This document shows positions 61,601-64,000 of a stretch of 64,000 nt of DNA, piece after piece. The DNA is from Bacteroidales bacterium (GTDB taxonomy: Bacteria > Bacteroidota > Bacteroidia > Bacteroidales > UBA12077). The translations under genes were made by a program, and so were the position numbers. The notes beneath the pieces were generated by a model. That model was given only the letters and a program-made list of their open reading frames with translations. It had not been told where the DNA came from and ran no database searches. The stretch is from positions 3,664,034-3,728,033 of the forward strand of contig OY762280.1 in the NCBI GenBank assembly GCA_963665525.1, written 5' to 3'. The first letter of the stretch is position 1, and each line of letters begins with the position of its first letter.

Positions 61601-62422
61601 TAATAAACTTAAGCTCCTGTCAGATGGATTACATGCAATCACGTACATTTCATAATCATACATCCCCGTTGGGGTATAAAAAGATATAATTTTATTCCCT
61701 GTTCCATCAATATCTCCTACTATACTCTTATTTTGATACATAATATGAAAATCTGTTGGAGAATATGTCATTGCAGTAAATACATCTGGGCTACTATTTC
61801 CAAAAATTATTTCAAATTCATCAATTTCCGAATCTGTTATATAATCATCGTATCCGTCTTCATCCAAATCAAAAAAGGCACAGTAAATTGTTGGGAAAGC
61901 TGAAGAATGAATGGTTTCATCAGCCACTAATCCTGTTGCTGAGCCCAAGTAATATTGCCAGGTATTATCGTCGTTGATTCCTGCAGCATCAGAATAACTA
62001 TCGCCATTTAAGTCACCTAATGGAATAATCTCAGCATAAATAAGTTGTTTGTCCAAATTATTTAGATCAGTACCTCCATAAACAATCATACTTTTGGATA
62101 CTACATCATAAATGTTGCTTGTCCTATCATCAGCACAAGCACCAGCAAAATAATACATGTCATGTATACCATCACCATTGATATCACCTGCATTTTTATA
62201 CTCCGATATGGTAAAATTTTGCTGATCATCAGGCCATGGCTGAGAATGGTAAATTTCGAGAGGCTCATAAACATCATATCCGTTTATGCCGGCTTTTGTA
62301 AGAGAATGATTAACTTCTTTTATTTTGAATAAATCTGCATCAGAAACTTGCGCGATATTCTGCCCAAAAGAATATGAAACAAATAAAGAAGTTAGAATAA
62401 TCAAGGTAAATTTCTTTTTCAT
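58685..62422 (-). CDS. FG-GAP (integrin-alpha-like propeller) repeat protein with cadherin and dystroglycan-type Ig domains and a T9SS CTD
   Basis: Many GDxNGDGxxD motifs, FNFEEKSSY..NINEAP cadherin, DGSDLPAWL, IYPNP..SIYIL..RIVKQ. Confidence 0.9.
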   Translation of the reverse strand: MKKKFTLIILTSLFVSYSFGQNIAQVSDADLFKIKEVNHSLTKAGINGYDVYEPLEIYHSQPWPDDQQNFTISEYKNAGDINGDGIHDMYYFAGACADDRTSNIYDVVSKSMIVYGGTDLNNLDKQLIYAEIIPLGDLNGDSYSDAAGINDDNTWQYYLGSATGLVADETIHSSAFPTIYCAFFDLDEDGYDDYITDSEIDEFEIIFGNSSPDVFTAMTYSPTDFHIMYQNKSIVGDIDGTGNKIISFYTPTGMYDYEMYVIACNPSDRSLSLLETKYTTRPSTIDLVDIDGDNFQEIVYTTPYTDPANYSFKTYVLGKNASYPLSLYEDTVRLYDTEINYIGDVNDDALADFNIYDETNSTYHIAFGKTNYLSVGLTKDVSLDFSDMEGVNFNKEVLYDITGDGIDDFGFSVNSSTHFGHRFFLGNATTFSSTDVLYDEDVYSEEKLFQTKNIGDINADGIEDVAFLDINGQFIKFYTTGDLTSEDYQLTSIGTETLRLLEKGDFNGDGHSDIAVLTTDHEVYSNIRVDFYYGGESFDLSIDHTINYTTDLSLNLTGNDGFGVKHLGDINNDNIEDFMLYGDSKIFIYYGGSPLSTTPNHTVTESSHFGARTTAPGDMNGDGIDDFAISGYQNAGVNVYFGKGSSASADAYATPDLFLVSDQSYGYASNDLGMSLTGGDFNGDGLMDIATMPLDFREALGSGDGIEGLYFFFGAEDMDSIPDLVLKIPAEPFAIDIANYISRFAGELTSIPDMNNDHCNELYMSGGWYVYNADNSAYQKMQNGIIMFGGDYLTEDSIPYIQTYSTANYNGGKNSYFFSDAHSAFGDFDGDGTNELLSTHDNRTFLGTSVYQYSIDSLNHTPIAVHLRHGQCEENNETGIVVDTIDVVDPEGNNMHVISFAEGEGYDNDDFIIEGKFLKTNVIFNFEEKSSYNLLLQAEDQGGLTKTMEVSLNILNINEAPEIINNIPDQITREDEPYSFDIVDTLIADPDQGDVLNYSATLTDGSDLPAWLTINTSTGNLSGTPADMDLKSIRVNVEDDEGLSVYDDFTLVVEGYDEITEEEVVVDTTSSESEVTVTVPEEVFTEMGLGDEVTYTASLADGSPLPPYIIFDPETLTFTITISNNKSYKEIMGELDIIVTGVDSEGFTASVGFTLEGEFITGKLDLFLDLRIYPNPVKDKLVVEIPQNSYKDTYVEIYSLTGAKIANYKFNSERVEIDCSSWDASIYILSIVSENNSKAYRIVKQ

Positions 62423-62493
62423 ATGTATAATAAATTAAAGGTTCATATTATAAAGATAATTTTTTTGACTATTTTATTTTAATTTTTGAAAAT

Positions 62494-62519
62494 AAAAAAG
62501 CTGGCAATTTGCCAGCTTT
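62494..62519 (-). terminator. Intrinsic terminator
   Basis: AAAGCTGGCA-ATT-TGCCAGCTTT with a U-tract on the minus strand. Confidence 0.8.
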
Positions 62520-62540
62520 CATCTATTTTTCTTGATAATA

Positions 62541-63224
62541 TTATTTAATTGCAGTTAAAACGGTATAACTCATTATTTTACCACGTGAATAGCTTTCGCT
62601 TTTAACCGTTCCTATATCCTCACAAATCCAGTCTATTGCTTCCATGCGTACACTAAACATAGTACTAACGGTCATCGTATAGCTGATTTTGTAACACTCG
62701 AATGTTCCTGCTTCGGTAGTTATTTCTTCTTTAGCCTCTACCTTTCTGTTGGTAAGCGCTGTGCTCATTCCCATAACCCGAGCTCCATTTGAATAAATAG
62801 ATGCATTTAACCTGCCATTAGGTAATTCATCGCCCACTTTTAAGTTTGCTGGTATTTCAAGGTTGTTCCCACTTACCTTAATCTCACCATCTTCGTATGC
62901 AGCTATTGTTGTAGCATCCATAAAACTTTTCATATCGAGCATATAAACACCATTTTCACATTTGGCTTTATACTCATTGGTAGCTAGATCTTTACCTTTT
63001 TTATCAAACGATTGTACATGTATTGATACGGATAAAACACCATTTTCATTACTTAATTCTTTTACAGTTTGTATACTACTTCCTGTAAGTTTATCTTTTG
63101 CATCGTAACTTGAATATTCAAGCTGTTTACCTTCTGTTTTGGGATAATAAAACGTGCAATCCTGGGCTAACGAAATAAAAGAAATTAGCAGCATCACACC
63201 TGTGATGAATATTGGTTTTCTCAT
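62541..63224 (-). CDS. Secreted DUF3108-like / TapB-like protein
   Basis: Signal peptide; EEITTEAGTFECYKI..W..DIGTVKSE motif. Confidence 0.7.
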   Translation of the reverse strand: MRKPIFITGVMLLISFISLAQDCTFYYPKTEGKQLEYSSYDAKDKLTGSSIQTVKELSNENGVLSVSIHVQSFDKKGKDLATNEYKAKCENGVYMLDMKSFMDATTIAAYEDGEIKVSGNNLEIPANLKVGDELPNGRLNASIYSNGARVMGMSTALTNRKVEAKEEITTEAGTFECYKISYTMTVSTMFSVRMEAIDWICEDIGTVKSESYSRGKIMSYTVLTAIK

Positions 63225-63258
63225 TACTATAAAATTTTTATGTTAATAAAATATAAAT

Positions 63259-63999
63259 TTACGAATTAAATATATTTGTTAGGTAAGCTTCAAAACTAAT
63301 ATTAAAATCAGCAGGACTTTCATAGAAAAAGATATGTCCTACCTCTCTGATAATCTGGATAATACTTCTCCATATTGTTGGAACTTCTACACTATTTAAA
63401 TAATCAAAATTGATGATCTGATCATATTCTCCATAATATACAGCTACCGGTATATTAAGTTTCTTTATAATTTCTAACTGATCTTTATATGCTCCTTTTT
63501 TAACAGACTCATAAAAAATGCTTCTGGTTTTTATATCTGCTTTACGAATGATTTCAGGAATAAAATCCGGGTATTTTGTTTTTTCTTCCACAAAATAGCC
63601 TGCTAACTGATGTACCTCACTATCATCAATTCCCGCTTTAGCAAACAATTCATAAAGCTCATTTTTTGAATACATTTCTTTGGTAACAGGATTTGAATAT
63701 GGAACCGATCCTAATAAAACCAAACCTAAAGGATTATTAAAACTACTAAATGACTCAAGAATAATATTTGCACCAATATTATGCCCAACATAAACAGCAT
63801 TTTTTAAGTCTAAAACTTTATTAAACTCAATCAAAAAATCACTTAGCCCCCTAATCGTATAATCTTGCTCTGGGTTGTCAGAATGATCAGATTTTCCATG
63901 TCCAATTAAATCCAATGCAATAAATCTAAACTGATAAGATAAAACAGAGTCAATAAGTTGTCGTATAAAAATTGCCGACGAAGATGATATACCGTGAAC
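63259..63999 (-). CDS. Alpha/beta-hydrolase-fold protein, partial (start lies beyond the window end)
   Basis: Frame open to the window end: VHGISSSSAIF..FIALDLIGHGKS..VGHNIGA..GEYDQII..VGHIFFYESP. Confidence 0.88.
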   Translation of the reverse strand, partial: VHGISSSSAIFIRQLIDSVLSYQFRFIALDLIGHGKSDHSDNPEQDYTIRGLSDFLIEFNKVLDLKNAVYVGHNIGANIILESFSSFNNPLGLVLLGSVPYSNPVTKEMYSKNELYELFAKAGIDDSEVHQLAGYFVEEKTKYPDFIPEIIRKADIKTRSIFYESVKKGAYKDQLEIIKKLNIPVAVYYGEYDQIINFDYLNSVEVPTIWRSIIQIIREVGHIFFYESPADFNISFEAYLTNIFNS

Positions 64000-64000
64000 C

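Noticed and set aside
56342-64000. tRNA-anchored genomic island
   Set aside because: No integrase, no duplicated tRNA 3' end and no obvious composition shift in the window.

Overview
AT-rich chromosomal window from a Bacteroidota bacterium, most consistent with a free-living Bacteroidales/Marinilabiliales-type organism. The basis is TAnnTTTG -7 promoters, mostly SD-less A-rich starts, T9SS C-terminal-domain proteins and atpD-atpC separated from the other atp genes. It is mostly core and envelope genes: yceD-rpmF-plsX-fabH, an AsmA-like protein, a U32 protein, a MacB-type ABC unit, pepE, an ECF sigma/anti-sigma/barrel unit, a TetR-controlled Lol-like ABC operon, atpD/C, ispA, a Na/Pi symporter, tyrS, a methionine gamma-lyase-like gene, tRNA-Arg(CCT) and several secreted proteins. 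I saw no transposase, integrase, phage gene, CRISPR array or rRNA. The most interesting signals are: (1) a ~380-bp highly structured non-coding element at 7276-7657, made of two convergent pseudoknot-plus-long-stem units; (2) a four-helix-bundle (23S-IVS/Avd-like) gene inside an ABC operon, bracketed by inverted heptamer repeats; (3) four copies of a TGTAAC-N16/17-CGTC ECF-type promoter outlining an envelope regulon, one followed by a structured leader with a short uORF; (4) a membrane-anchored reductive-dehalogenase-like gene next to a RimK-like ATP-grasp/GNAT pair; (5) a nested-palindrome repeat family, Pho-box-like repeats, TetR operators, a helical module inserted in two permeases, and an alpha/beta hydrolase with Asn at the nucleophile position. 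All protein calls come from motif recognition by eye; no database searches were run.
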